A stretch of DNA of 64,000 nt from Nematocida ausubeli (Eukaryota): contig NW_026515637.1 of the NCBI RefSeq assembly GCF_000738915.1, forward strand, positions 434,001 to 498,000. The letters are read 5' to 3'. Shown piece by piece: positions 52,513 to 63,878 of this stretch (position 1 is its first letter; the number at the start of each line of letters is the position of its first letter). The notes below the pieces were generated by a model. That model worked only from the letters and a program-made list of their open reading frames with translations, did no database searches and was not told the DNA's origin. The translations under genes were made by a program, and so were the position numbers.

Positions 52513-54462
52513 CTACGGGAATATGATCATTCCATTCGATATTTTAATGATTTCTTCCTTCTCAAATTCCTGGAGACCTTCAAGAACAGACTCTCTGGAT
52601 GCATTGCACAGTGAGACAATCTTCTCCACAGAAACAATTCTGTCGTTTGGATTATTCTCCCTGTAAGAGTACAGGATATTGTGCAGTGTCTCCTGGGACT
52701 GCTCCTTTCTTCCTCTTCTTCGCACACTCTTCCTCCAGAGCGTATTCTCCAGGATTTCAACTGCAGCAGCTGCATCTTCAATTTCAATAACAGAAGAGAG
52801 CCTTCCCTTTGCATGCGCTGTTGCCAGCCTAACCATGCTTTCCAGCAATCTAGCTGTAATACTTCTGCACAAGCTTGTTCTGTTTTCCTCTCCTTCTGCA
52901 CGTATGCGCACATACTCTGCACCAATGTACTCTTCAGCTTCGTCAGATAAGTCGGGCTGCACTTCCTTTGCCATCTGAATGTACTTGGCCAGATCACTCT
53001 GCAGGATATCACTACCTGGTGCCTTTTTGCCGACTCTTCTCTCCAGAACGTGCTCTGCTATTTCTGCATCGTGGTCCAGCGTGTCCTCCAGAATATATAT
53101 TAGATCAAATCGTGTGAGAATTGACTCAGGCAGGCGAATATTCTCTCGAGGCGACAAATTAGTCCTGTACTTCCCTGAAATTGGGTTGGCAGCTGCAAGA
53201 ACACTGCACCGGGCGTTTAGGGTCGTGTGAATTCCACCCTTTGTGATGGTGACTGTCTGCTGCTCCATTGCTTCGTGTATGGCAGCCCTCTCTGTTTCAT
53301 CCATCTTGTCAAACTCATCAATGCACACAATTCCAGTGTCTGCCAGAACCATAGCACCAGCCTCAATACGCCGTGCACCCGTATCTGCGTCTGCCACAAG
53401 TGCAGCAGTCAGACCTACTCCAGTGGCACCACGTCCAGTAGTCCCAATGGCCAACGGAGCCATATCCAAGACATACCGCAGCAACTGACTTTTTGCAATT
53501 CCTGGGTCACCAACAAGAAGGATATTTATGTCCCCACGAATGCGACCTCCTGTTGAAGTATGGACACTTTGTCCACCTAACAGCATAAGAAGAATTGCCT
53601 TCTTAATGGCATTGTGCCCGTATATAGATGGGGCAATGTACTTTCCGAGGGAAAGAGTCCCTTCCATCTGGACAATTTCTGCGATTGAGTCTGTGTTCCC
53701 TGCTTGTGCCTCTTTTCTTCCAAGTATTTCCACGTTGTTTCCTACAATAGTTGTGCGAAGAGTATCCTGCGTGGCCTTAAGCGTGGACGTGCACTTGTAT
53801 GCACCGTATATCCGGACCCTGTCACCTGGCTTAATCTCCCCTGCTAGGTCATTCTCCAGAACAATAGTTATAGCGCGCGGCATCTGCCCAGGCTGTGAGA
53901 GTTCTGGCATTTCCTGGAGAGTCACCGTCTGGTGCGAAATATATTCAGAGAGACCGTACTCTAGGTCAAGTGGGTTTCCGTCCAGGGACTGCTTCGGGAT
54001 TGCTGTTGTGGTAGGGGGAAGTGTGGACATAGTGTGCATGTCTCTGTACTCCTTGTATACAAAGGAGTTCGTTTGCTTAATGAAGTGTACGCTCTTTTTA
54101 ATTTTTGGACGAATAATAGAAGTGCTTGTGACAATGCCTTCAATAGAGACAAGATGCCCTATGTACTTGGAGAAAAGAGTTCTTGGAGATATCTTCTCCC
54201 CGGAAAGCACTCCCGTGATACCAATATTTATTGGATGCTGTGCGTATTCCTGGGCTATTTCCTCAAATGCAGGAAGAAGTGAAATTGCATGCTCCTGGAG
54301 TGCAAGTGCAAGATCTTTGTTAAACCTGCGAATATCTTGGATGTCAATAATAATTCTCTTTGGGGGCGGAGAAGAAAGAAGAAGTGATTTGTATTTTTTC
54401 TCTCCTCTGGCTCTTTCAAAGAATTCTCTTATTTGTGCTCTGTATATGCCAATTGCATCCAT
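52513..54462 (-). CDS. MCM3: DNA replication licensing factor MCM3
   Basis: RGDINILLVGDPGIAKSQLLR, AIGTTGRGATGVGLTAA, EAGAMVLAD, IDEFDKM and EYGLS; no Zn-finger cysteines, as expected for MCM3. Confidence 0.93.
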   Translation of the reverse strand: MDAIGIYRAQIREFFERARGEKKYKSLLLSSPPPKRIIIDIQDIRRFNKDLALALQEHAISLLPAFEEIAQEYAQHPINIGITGVLSGEKISPRTLFSKYIGHLVSIEGIVTSTSIIRPKIKKSVHFIKQTNSFVYKEYRDMHTMSTLPPTTTAIPKQSLDGNPLDLEYGLSEYISHQTVTLQEMPELSQPGQMPRAITIVLENDLAGEIKPGDRVRIYGAYKCTSTLKATQDTLRTTIVGNNVEILGRKEAQAGNTDSIAEIVQMEGTLSLGKYIAPSIYGHNAIKKAILLMLLGGQSVHTSTGGRIRGDINILLVGDPGIAKSQLLRYVLDMAPLAIGTTGRGATGVGLTAALVADADTGARRIEAGAMVLADTGIVCIDEFDKMDETERAAIHEAMEQQTVTITKGGIHTTLNARCSVLAAANPISGKYRTNLSPRENIRLPESILTRFDLIYILEDTLDHDAEIAEHVLERRVGKKAPGSDILQSDLAKYIQMAKEVQPDLSDEAEEYIGAEYVRIRAEGEENRTSLCRSITARLLESMVRLATAHAKGRLSSVIEIEDAAAAVEILENTLWRKSVRRRGRKEQSQETLHNILYSYRENNPNDRIVSVEKIVSLCNASRESVLEGLQEFEKEEIIKISNGMIIFP

Positions 54463-54486
54463 AGTGAAAACTTTTGCTGGAATTTT

Positions 54487-54633
54487 ATGTCTTTGCTGCT
54501 ACGAGGAGTATTTGCGGCTGTAAATAAATCTGGGCGCACAGGAGGAGAAGTAGAAGGGGTTGTGCAGAAGTATATTGAAACAGCCCGGATAGTTGAAGAA
54601 ACCATACAAGAAGCACTGAAGGATAATAAATAA
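54487..54633 (+). CDS. Probable small orphan protein (48 aa)
   Basis: MSLLLRGVFAAVNKSGRTGGEVEGVVQKYIETARIVEETIQEALKDNK*; aattttATG context, coding-like composition and AATAAA at the stop. Confidence 0.5.
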   Translation: MSLLLRGVFAAVNKSGRTGGEVEGVVQKYIETARIVEETIQEALKDNK

Positions 54634-55341
54634 TATGGAATTTACATTAAATTATCTGTGGGTTATAGTGTAATAGGATATATGGTTAAATATAGAGTAT
54701 TCCATGGGTGTGTACTCTTGGATACTTAATTCCTGCAGATGCATATAATTTGAGTGCTTATGTCGATACTATCGAATAAATAAATTAATAAAAGGATGCG
54801 ATTATTAAGCATATTATATGGCCAGGAAGAGGGGCTTAATTAATTTGAATGTATTTCTCATGAATTATTTATAATGCAGAAGTAAGGCTGGTGTATTAAT
54901 TGAAAGATGAAAGCCGGGATAGATCTGTGCACAGAATATATGTGCATTGCGCAATGGAGTACTGGTTGAAGTAAAGGGGTCTTTATGTTTTGGAAAAGAG
55001 ACAGGTTTATTTTGAGTTTTAAGATTTTAAGGTTTTTGATAAGAGATATAAGAAAAGGTGCTATTTTATGAATTGTGCGCATAAGGTGTAATATGAAAGG
55101 TATTTTATTAAGAGCCTGCCATGTCTAGGATGTCATCTGGCTTGCTGTATTATGCTTCTGGGGGATGATTTTATTTCAGGCGCAGAAGTGGAAAACTGTC
55201 CTGAAAATAAGTTATGCAGGTTCTAGTGAGTGCCACAGCAGAGTCAGCCACCTAAGAAAGGGCTGTGCTGAAGATAAAAGCTCTCATGGATTGGCTTTCT
55301 TGCATTAAACATGCATATTGTACAAAATAATTTTTTATTCC

Positions 55342-58300
55342 ATGAATGTAACTCACCAGAAGAATATTCTGCACTTAAGCATGGCAGAAAGGCGGTGCAC
55401 AGGAACAAGCATCTTCTACGTGGATGTACAGAAAGAGGAAAGACTTGAAATACTCCAGATTCAACTGAACATTCTAAAAGTAGAGATATTCAGTGAAAAT
55501 GCATGGAAGAGTGTGAAGATAGAAAGCACTGTGGTTCTTCCTGTCAAAACAGAGAAAGTAAGAATTCTTTTCGAAACAAAAAAGAACAATCCTGGGATCT
55601 CCTTCTACACAGGGCCAGACAACAAATGCACAGAATTCACTGGAGAGCCAATCAATGGGCAGGCGCAGACTCTTTTCCCGCTTCTTTCCACCCGCCCGTG
55701 CAGCCTGGAAATGGTGTACATCGTATCGATTGAGAAGGGATTTCAGGTGATTTCTAGCGGCACACTCAGCGGAATATACGACGGAGGAACCACAAAAACC
55801 TTCCACTACAAGATGGATTATGCACGGCCGCAGGATGTGCTGTTTGCAGGCGGTATGTACGAAGAGATCCATGCTGCCCGGGCTGCTGTGTTTATCCCAG
55901 AGGCAGTTGCATCAAGATTTGAAGCAGGAGGGAAGGAGACTCTTGAGGCCCTTAAGTCTTCAATAGTGGCTGCACAGCAGGCACTCGAGTGCAAGCTGCC
56001 CTTCTACAAAATATCTGTTGTCTTCTCAATGTGCAACGTAACTGGATCAATTGGAAGAAACTGCGCAGTGTTTAATATATCCCAGATAATTGTGCCAGAG
56101 GCAATTGATCAGTGCTTTGCAAGTATCCGGCTGATCAGCAAGATCACAGCAAATCAGTACTTTGGGATCCTTGCCCACCCCACATCAGACCTAGACACGT
56201 GGATGTACACGGGCCTTTCCGAGTACGTTTCAATGTACCTTGCAGAACTGTTCCTAGGAGTAAACGAGGCAAAGTATGAACTAAACAGGAACATAGACTA
56301 CATTCATAAGCACGACATTGAGGAGCCGCCGCTGTCTTCTCCCTCCAGGCACAGAAGTACATTCCACTCTCCTTTCTTTGTTAAAAAAGCGGGGGCGTTT
56401 GTAAAAATCCTTGAGAATAACTTGACGCGTGCTTTTATGCAGAAAATCATGAAAGAGGTCTTGGAAGCACGCACAATGAACACGCAGGATCTGATAAGAG
56501 TGATCAAAGGGATCACAGGCAAGGATGTGCGCGCACTCTTTGATGCGTACGTGTACAGAACGGGAATACCCACGGTTACAGCACAGGTAGAGCAGAATAG
56601 CCGGGCAGGTGGATTTTCTTTGGTTCTCAGACAGAAAATCCATTCTGTCCACCCGGATGCGAATAGGCACATGGCAGGAAATATATGTGTGCGCGTATAT
56701 GAAACGGACTCAGTGCTTGACCACATTCTCTTCCTGGGAAGTGCGCCCATAACGCACGAGCTTGTGTGCTCGCAAAGAAACCACAGAAGGAAGCAGAAGG
56801 AGGAAAACGTGTCTCTTCTGTGGGTGCGAATTGACCCAGGAATTGAGTGGATGAAGGTGGCGGCTGTTGAGCAGGCTGACTACATGTTTGCAGAGCAGCT
56901 GGTCAGTGAGAAGGACGTATACGGCCAAATGGAGGCCTTGGTGGGCGTGCAAAAGAACCCAAGCGAAACTATATGCAGTATCCTGGAAAGAGTCATGGGA
57001 GACCCAGGCGTATTCTACAAGGTAAGCATTGCAGCAGGCATTCTTTTGGCAAAAAGCGTAAATGAAGAGTCAGGATATTTCGGGTTCCAAAGAGTTGTCC
57101 AGTTCTTCATCAACACGTACTGCATACAGAACACAACAATCGTCAGAACAAATGACTTCTCACAGCACAGAATGTATTTTATGCAGAAGAATATTGCGTC
57201 TTCAATGTCCCTCTGCCAGCTGGACTCAACAAAGTCCCTAGGAGGCCGTGCAATACGCGCAAAGAATGTGGTCTCTGCTTTTCTTCTGAATCTGATGCGG
57301 TACAACGACAACACAGGAAATTCCTTTGAGGATGCCTTCTACCTGGCAGATATTATAACTGCGCTTGCAGTTGCGCTGTGCTCAGATGCCCATCTAGACC
57401 CAGCCCCTTTTATTGTTGAGATGGAAAGACTCCGGCAGAAAGACCTTCTTTTCCCTAGCCACCAGAACATTGTCACGTGTGCAGCCATAAAGGCATTTGC
57501 AAGACTTGGGGTGCAAGGATATGTGCAAGTCTCCTTCAAAGGCATGCTTCAGTACGTAGCCCCAGGTAACTTTTATAAGGTGCGCATGGCAGCATATGAA
57601 TGCCTCATTCTCTTGCACGCAGATAAAATTGGCACAATCCTAGAACTGTTTGTGAATGAAGAGAGACCTGTCCGCATAAAAATACTGCGCACAATCAGGG
57701 ACTCTGCGGTCTGCGCAGCTCTGCCTATATTTGGGAAACTTCAGGAGCACCTTCCATCCCTCCAGCGCATCCAAGAGATGTTTGCAGGAGATGGAGAGGC
57801 AGATGCCTTGTTCGCTGAAATTGAAGGCCTTCTGGGCGGCCCAACAGAGCTTGTGTCTGATGCAGTTGAGGAAGCCATCATGCACGACATGAGCAGTGAT
57901 GAAGAGGACAGGAAACTGCCCCGCCTGGTGATAAAACTATTTAAGCCAGTTGTCATACGGCTGTCCACCAAGGGCATGCTAACAGAAAAAAATACCAGCA
58001 GCACACAGCAGGAGACTGAGCATGAAAAAGAAGAAGAAATAGAGGAGCATATATCGGAAGGAATTGACGTAGATGCACTCTATGAGAATGATGTGCAAGC
58101 AGAGACATACTGCCTGGATAAGCCGCAGGCAGAGGGTGCATGCAGAATGGTCGAGCGTATTAAGGCAAGCAAGGCCAGCTCACACATCACACAGATGGCA
58201 AAAAAGAACGAAATTTCAGAGAAAATGCACGTGCCCACTTTTGACGATATAACTATTAAGACAAGGCAGGCTTCTGAAGAGGATGAGATTACTAAGAGTC

Positions 58301-59409
58301 CAGCACAGAATAGTGCACCCATAGAGAAAGGCAGCCAAAATAAATCTCAAAAGAACAGAAAGCAAAGCACAGATATTCACAATGACATGGCGGGCCCAGA
58401 TGCCATGGAGATAGAAATATCCCATAAAGATGAAAATGCACACCTGAACAATGAGATGAAGTGCTTATTCAATACGTGCGACGAGTACCCAATGTATGAA
58501 ATTTATTCGAAGGCCGCGTATATATTCAGGGAGTACTTTAAGTCTGCGCAGTACGACACGTCTTCATACAGCACTATTAAGTACTTCCAGGCGCACTTTG
58601 AGAGAGAGTACTTTGCATTCTTCCAGACAACAAGTGGATCCTTCCATAAAGTGGATGCGCCTTGCAAGGAAAAAGATGGAAGAGAACACTTGCTCAGCAT
58701 AATTGACCAAGCAATTCACGCAGATCGGCATGGAATATTTTCCACGCCCATTGACACAGATCTTCTGCGGGAGTATAAATACCAGGAAATAGTGCGCCGG
58801 CCGCTCGACCTGCAGACAATTAGGAGCAGAGTAGAGGAAGGAGACTATTTTATGGTGGAGTGTGTGCTATTTGATATTATCCAGGTTTTCGTAAACTGCC
58901 TGACATATAATTTGAAAGATTCAGAGATATACAGAGAAGCACTTTTCGTGCAAAGTGCAGTCCAGAAGATCGTCAAAAATGCAACTGTCGGGTACACAGA
59001 GACATGCACACTAAAGGACGCACTCTCCATGATTATTCAGCAGATTATTGAGACAGGCGAGTACAGCGTGTTTTACGATAGAGTGAATAGAGAGGAATAT
59101 CCGCAGTACTATGCAGTGGTGAAAGAACCAATGACCTTGTCTTTGATCAAAGAACGAGCAGAAAGCAACTATTATAAGAATATAACGCATTTTGAAAGTG
59201 AGTTCCAAAGGATCAGCGCAGCCACACTGCTATACAACGGACAGATCTCAGAAATCACTAAGCTAGGGAAGGCACTTACCCAGAAGGTCCAGACCTCAGT
59301 GCAGAGAACATTCCCATGGTACAGAAGTATTTTCAACAAGAGAGCCACGCTGCAGCAAAAAACAAAAGCACAAGTTAGCAGCAACAAAAAGGCGAAGAGC
59401 CAAAAGTGA
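55342..59409 (+). CDS. TAF2: TFIID subunit TAF2 fused to C-terminal bromodomains
   Basis: Aminopeptidase-like fold motifs (ANQYFG, WVRIDPGIEW, EKDVYGQMEA, NDFS..YF, RYNDNTGNSFEDAFYLA). Two bromodomains (YQEIVRRPLDL...NCLTYN; YYAVVKEPMTL...LYN). Start moved to ATG 55342. Confidence 0.92.
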   Translation: MNVTHQKNILHLSMAERRCTGTSIFYVDVQKEERLEILQIQLNILKVEIFSENAWKSVKIESTVVLPVKTEKVRILFETKKNNPGISFYTGPDNKCTEFTGEPINGQAQTLFPLLSTRPCSLEMVYIVSIEKGFQVISSGTLSGIYDGGTTKTFHYKMDYARPQDVLFAGGMYEEIHAARAAVFIPEAVASRFEAGGKETLEALKSSIVAAQQALECKLPFYKISVVFSMCNVTGSIGRNCAVFNISQIIVPEAIDQCFASIRLISKITANQYFGILAHPTSDLDTWMYTGLSEYVSMYLAELFLGVNEAKYELNRNIDYIHKHDIEEPPLSSPSRHRSTFHSPFFVKKAGAFVKILENNLTRAFMQKIMKEVLEARTMNTQDLIRVIKGITGKDVRALFDAYVYRTGIPTVTAQVEQNSRAGGFSLVLRQKIHSVHPDANRHMAGNICVRVYETDSVLDHILFLGSAPITHELVCSQRNHRRKQKEENVSLLWVRIDPGIEWMKVAAVEQADYMFAEQLVSEKDVYGQMEALVGVQKNPSETICSILERVMGDPGVFYKVSIAAGILLAKSVNEESGYFGFQRVVQFFINTYCIQNTTIVRTNDFSQHRMYFMQKNIASSMSLCQLDSTKSLGGRAIRAKNVVSAFLLNLMRYNDNTGNSFEDAFYLADIITALAVALCSDAHLDPAPFIVEMERLRQKDLLFPSHQNIVTCAAIKAFARLGVQGYVQVSFKGMLQYVAPGNFYKVRMAAYECLILLHADKIGTILELFVNEERPVRIKILRTIRDSAVCAALPIFGKLQEHLPSLQRIQEMFAGDGEADALFAEIEGLLGGPTELVSDAVEEAIMHDMSSDEEDRKLPRLVIKLFKPVVIRLSTKGMLTEKNTSSTQQETEHEKEEEIEEHISEGIDVDALYENDVQAETYCLDKPQAEGACRMVERIKASKASSHITQMAKKNEISEKMHVPTFDDITIKTRQASEEDEITKSPAQNSAPIEKGSQNKSQKNRKQSTDIHNDMAGPDAMEIEISHKDENAHLNNEMKCLFNTCDEYPMYEIYSKAAYIFREYFKSAQYDTSSYSTIKYFQAHFEREYFAFFQTTSGSFHKVDAPCKEKDGREHLLSIIDQAIHADRHGIFSTPIDTDLLREYKYQEIVRRPLDLQTIRSRVEEGDYFMVECVLFDIIQVFVNCLTYNLKDSEIYREALFVQSAVQKIVKNATVGYTETCTLKDALSMIIQQIIETGEYSVFYDRVNREEYPQYYAVVKEPMTLSLIKERAESNYYKNITHFESEFQRISAATLLYNGQISEITKLGKALTQKVQTSVQRTFPWYRSIFNKRATLQQKTKAQVSSNKKAKSQK

Positions 59410-60303
59410 GTCTATTCATTGACGGTAATTATATAAACAGCAGATCTTATTCTCTACTTTTCATTATTTCTGTCTTCCTTCGTAATTACTACTGCATAAA
59501 TATTCTTGTCCCCTTCAGTGCTTTCTTGCAGAATTATTTGGTCATTATAGATCACCCAAAGAAAACACAATGCAGCTGCTACTTCTAGCTTGAAAGAGAA
59601 AATAAATGAGCATACGCTTAAGCATGCTTTAAAATAGAAGAATCGTAGAATAAAAGAAATATCCATAGAAGCATGCAATATAACCCAATAAAATTATTTA
59701 GTTGCTATATTAAAATAGACTATGCCTTCATGAGCAGCAAAATACATATATTAGCATACTAGAAGAGCTAAAAATAGTAAAATCGCCCAGAATAAGAACA
59801 AAAAGATATTTAAACTTGCACTTAAATAGAGTGCACAGTTGCACATATGCGGAATACAGCATAATAATTCAAGTGAAAATGTAACTACTGCAACAAGAAG
59901 TAAAACCAAGTGGATGTGCATTCATGGCATATTCTCGCATGAATTGTTCATGGTCTTATACAGGTATCTATCTATTATAATAGAATATGAACTGAAATAA
60001 ATTCAGATTCAAGAAATTGTGAATTTAATTTATTTTTTCTTGTCTCCGCGGGAATTTAGTATATACATTAGAAGAAAGAAACCCGCGGTAGGGAGAGTAT
60101 AATGCATGATATACTGTAAAAGTCCCATATTTTTACGAATATGAATAGAGATTATTGCTTTTGTATCGATGCATACTGATATGATTTGAATGCTTTTGTG
60201 TGTCTTTTTTAAGTTAAAGAAGATTTCTTCAATAATTGTCTTGCGTGTATGCTTAGTATGCCATCATTAGATCATAAATACATTTAGCACCGAATTTTTT
60301 TTA

Positions 60304-61731
60304 ATGGAAAAAAGAAGAGCTGGTGTGCCCCCTTTGAAGAAAATAGCATACGACGCAACCGCATCGGGAGAAAGTAACTGGTGGGACGAGGCAGAGACTG
60401 CAGCAATCGAACAAAGAAAAGTAGATGCAATATTTTCCCAAATGGAAGAGTACAAGAAAGTGGCTGAAGAAGCTGTAAACGAAAAGCAAAGAATACAAGA
60501 GATAAAAATAGATGAACTTCTGTCGTCCGTACAGGGCACAGAGGTGGGTGCCTCGGATGCGTGCGAAATGGTCAAGACTGCAGTTCTTAACTGCCGGGAG
60601 CATCTTTTTACAATCTCACAGCTCAGAAAACGAGCGGCGCAGATGAAGGAGATTCCGCAGAAAGAGAAGCCGTCGATTTCGAAAGACGAAATAACAGGAT
60701 ATATTGAGCGGGTGGATGCATTAGAGAATCAAGTGCACGCGCTTATCAGCAAATGCCCACCAAACTATACAAAGCTAGCGAAAACACTTGAGCAAGAGAA
60801 CAAGGAGCTATTTTTAAGCATTGAAGAGCTAACAAAGAAAATAGAAAGTCTCCTGCAGAAAGAGCAGAGTGTGCGGCAAGAAATGCAGGAGATGCAGCAG
60901 AGCATGGTGAGTGCGTCTGAAGCAGCAGAGGCCAAACAGCGCGTGCTCCAGAAAGAGAGCAAGCAGTCTGCAGACGAGAAGATTATTCTTCAAAAACGAG
61001 TAGATGAGCTGTATCTGGCTCTAGAGACACTTAACTCTACGATTGTGGATAGAGCAAGGGATCTAGAGAATACAGTAGATAACAAGATAGACTGTGTGAA
61101 TGACTGCCATCTGAAAATAAAAGAGCTGCAGGATAAAGAAATAGATAGACTTGAAGAGGTTGCATTTCTTGTGCGAAAATACATTGACACAGGAAAAAAG
61201 AATGACTCTCTTCTTCTTGAGCTAGCAGAAGTACAAAATGAACTTAAATTAGAAAGGGACCGGCCGACAGCAGAGTGCACCGAAAAGACTGCTGTGCCAG
61301 ACACACAGAAAATCGAGGAAGAGATGCATGCCCTGCGAAGAGAACTTGAAAGAAGCCAGGTGGACTATCTTGAAAGGAAGGCCTCCGCGCACTATCATAA
61401 AAGAAAGGCTGTTCAGTACGAGGCCGATCTTGCACTAGCGAAAAAGACTGCTGCGTCTTTGGAGGCAGCAAATAAGGCCCTCCATGATAGACTTCAAATA
61501 CTTCAGAATAGCACAAAGACAGTGTTTTCTTCGGAAACAGACATAGAGCTGTACCAGCGCATGATTAGATGCAGTGTGTGCTGCACAAACATAAAAGATG
61601 TAGCACTTAAAAGGTGCATGCATCTATTGTGCAGAAGCTGCATTGATAGTCGCATGGCAAGCCGGCAGAAGACATGTCCACTATGTGGCACAACCTGCAC
61701 TCCAAGTGATATTGTAAGTGTCTATTTGTAG
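60304..61731 (+). CDS. BRE1: E3 ubiquitin ligase BRE1-like (coiled coil + C-terminal C3HC4 RING)
   Basis: Long coiled coil, then CSVC..NIKDVALKRCMHLLCRSCIDSRMASRQKTCPLCG ending in DIVSVYL, typical of Bre1/RNF20. Confidence 0.85.
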   Translation: MEKRRAGVPPLKKIAYDATASGESNWWDEAETAAIEQRKVDAIFSQMEEYKKVAEEAVNEKQRIQEIKIDELLSSVQGTEVGASDACEMVKTAVLNCREHLFTISQLRKRAAQMKEIPQKEKPSISKDEITGYIERVDALENQVHALISKCPPNYTKLAKTLEQENKELFLSIEELTKKIESLLQKEQSVRQEMQEMQQSMVSASEAAEAKQRVLQKESKQSADEKIILQKRVDELYLALETLNSTIVDRARDLENTVDNKIDCVNDCHLKIKELQDKEIDRLEEVAFLVRKYIDTGKKNDSLLLELAEVQNELKLERDRPTAECTEKTAVPDTQKIEEEMHALRRELERSQVDYLERKASAHYHKRKAVQYEADLALAKKTAASLEAANKALHDRLQILQNSTKTVFSSETDIELYQRMIRCSVCCTNIKDVALKRCMHLLCRSCIDSRMASRQKTCPLCGTTCTPSDIVSVYL

Positions 61732-62591
61732 GATATTGAATATATAGAGGCAGTATGATAGTGGTATTACTGCAGTGCTAGCAGACATATTGTGCACAGA
61801 TAACTGCAGCCCAAGAGATAATGGAAAAAGCAGGCCCAAAATAAACTAATACTCCCATATGCCAATTTACTTTTGTAACTCACGCAGATGCAGAATATAC
61901 CATTGGAAGCACCTCATGCGATAAACCACTAAATTGCACATGAATTACTGCATGTATAGTGGTTTAATTTCATGCATTTCTGTTATTTGCTAATTAATTA
62001 ACATAATTGCAATTAGCTGGTTAATTAAAGTGAAATTAAAAGCAGACAGGCCTGTCAAATGAGTTAGTCAATGTGTGCACTCTCTTAGGGTTATCCTGTA
62101 ACTAAACCACGAAAGTGCGCATTAAATGATAAAATGTGATAAATATGTCTTTATAAAGACTATGCACTATAAAGGCAATAATACTAATAGACTATCATTC
62201 AAGTATATTTGAAGCTAGATGTCTAAGTTTATAATAAACCCACGTGTTAACTCAGATTATTCCATTTACAGTAAAACTATCTTTCTTCAGGAGACAAAAT
62301 ATATGCAATGCATATGGCTATGCATAAACATCAGAAGCAGTACTATTTTATGTACTTGTCACTGGATACATCAAAAATCTAGCTAGTAATAATCCAAGAA
62401 ATAACCAAAAAGATATACATAATGCATGTAATATATGTATAATACGCAGTATATGGGCATCTGTATTGTTTAAATATCACTATATGCTTATATACCACTG
62501 TACTTAGAATAAGCTTAAATGTGCTAAATTTCATTGCTAGAATGCATTTACTACAGCAATGTACTTATAATAATACAAGGAGAAAAAATTT

Positions 62592-63857
62592 ATGCCGGAA
62601 GATGAGTTTATGCGAACAGAGTTCTCGCTGGATGAGTATCTTAGCAAGATACTAGCAGATGCCTCTGGGGAGTGCGCGCGCCTTAAGGACCAACATGTGC
62701 GTATGCTGTCGCACCATGCAGAGGCACTTTCTTGCGATATGCGAAATAAAAAACAGGAAATTAGAGAAGGACTATGCACCTTAGCGGCTCTAACAGAAGA
62801 GGCCCGCCGTATATCACTTGAGCTCCCAGAACTCTTTCTTCCACTTCTTGCAACAGAAGACCCGCACAAAGATGAAATGCACTCTGCGCTTGAAAGTGAG
62901 GTGCAGGCACTCCATGGGGATGCATCTATTTCAGAGGGCCGCTTTCTAAAGCATAAAGAGCACGTGACTGTTACTATAGACAGAGTGTCATATGAGGGGG
63001 TGCTTCTTGTATGTGCAGATATTCTTATAGTGGGAATAAAGACAAATGACGGATGGGAGATGTACAATGCACTTCTTATTAAAGAAATACAGTGTCGCAT
63101 TGAAGAAGATATTCTTGCTATTACACTGCCCCCTATTCGTCTTGAAATTACAAAAGCAGAAAATACGCTAAAGCATCTACTCAATAAGATACACGGCACA
63201 AACTCACAGAAAAGCACACCTCGTGATAGAAGCATATCAGATAAAGATGCAAATAATAAGGCAGATGATGCTGACAAAGAGGCATATGCTGACTTTCTCT
63301 TGCAAATTGGGCAAGTGCAGACTGCAGACCCCTCAATAGAAAATCTTCTCCAGAAAATAGAAGAGGCGCATAAAAGAGGAAAGTGGAAAGAAAGTAGTCT
63401 TCTGCAGGCACTTAAAAGGAAAAGTATTTCAGCTGCTGTGCAGGCATACTGCACTCTTGAGAAGCCTGTGCTATACAGAGAAATAGATGCATCTCTTAGA
63501 AGAAAGGAGCCATTGATAGATATTTTGCAGACTCTGCATGATCTAATAGCGCATTATATTTTGGGAGTAGAAAAGGTGTTTCCTGAGCCAGCTGCATACG
63601 GGTATATTGCAGTCCATCTAGAGGAAATACATGAGCGCACAGCAAGATTGGTGTATAGGCTCTTTTATTTGTGCAGCGCATCAGAGGAGGAGAGTGTCGC
63701 ATTCAATGCCGCCTTAATAAAGGCATTTACTTATGACGGGTACTCGTATGGGTATACAGCAAGAATAGGCGAAGAAGTACGCAAGGACCTCCTTAGAAGT
63801 AAATATGCGTTCAATAAACAAGTAATGCAGAATATATTCAAGAAAATACAGCTATAG
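62592..63857 (+). CDS. Probable exocyst subunit Exo84-like (Vps51-type N-terminus, PH-like domain, helical tail)
   Basis: FSLDEYLSKIL start, coiled coil, beta-rich segment (RFLKHKEH...LLVCADILIVG) and helical C-terminus; match is to architecture only. Confidence 0.5.
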   Translation: MPEDEFMRTEFSLDEYLSKILADASGECARLKDQHVRMLSHHAEALSCDMRNKKQEIREGLCTLAALTEEARRISLELPELFLPLLATEDPHKDEMHSALESEVQALHGDASISEGRFLKHKEHVTVTIDRVSYEGVLLVCADILIVGIKTNDGWEMYNALLIKEIQCRIEEDILAITLPPIRLEITKAENTLKHLLNKIHGTNSQKSTPRDRSISDKDANNKADDADKEAYADFLLQIGQVQTADPSIENLLQKIEEAHKRGKWKESSLLQALKRKSISAAVQAYCTLEKPVLYREIDASLRRKEPLIDILQTLHDLIAHYILGVEKVFPEPAAYGYIAVHLEEIHERTARLVYRLFYLCSASEEESVAFNAALIKAFTYDGYSYGYTARIGEEVRKDLLRSKYAFNKQVMQNIFKKIQL

Positions 63858-63878
63858 ATTTATTCTCGTGCTGGCACG

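Noticed and set aside
55234..55292. H/ACA-like arrangement (hairpin, AGATAA, small hairpin, ACA) upstream of TAF2
   Set aside because: The second hairpin is too short and there are no clear pseudouridylation pockets; likely chance.
46126..61731. Apparent functional cluster of chromatin/replication genes
   Set aside because: Such genes are a large share of a reduced genome; no shared regulatory signal was seen.
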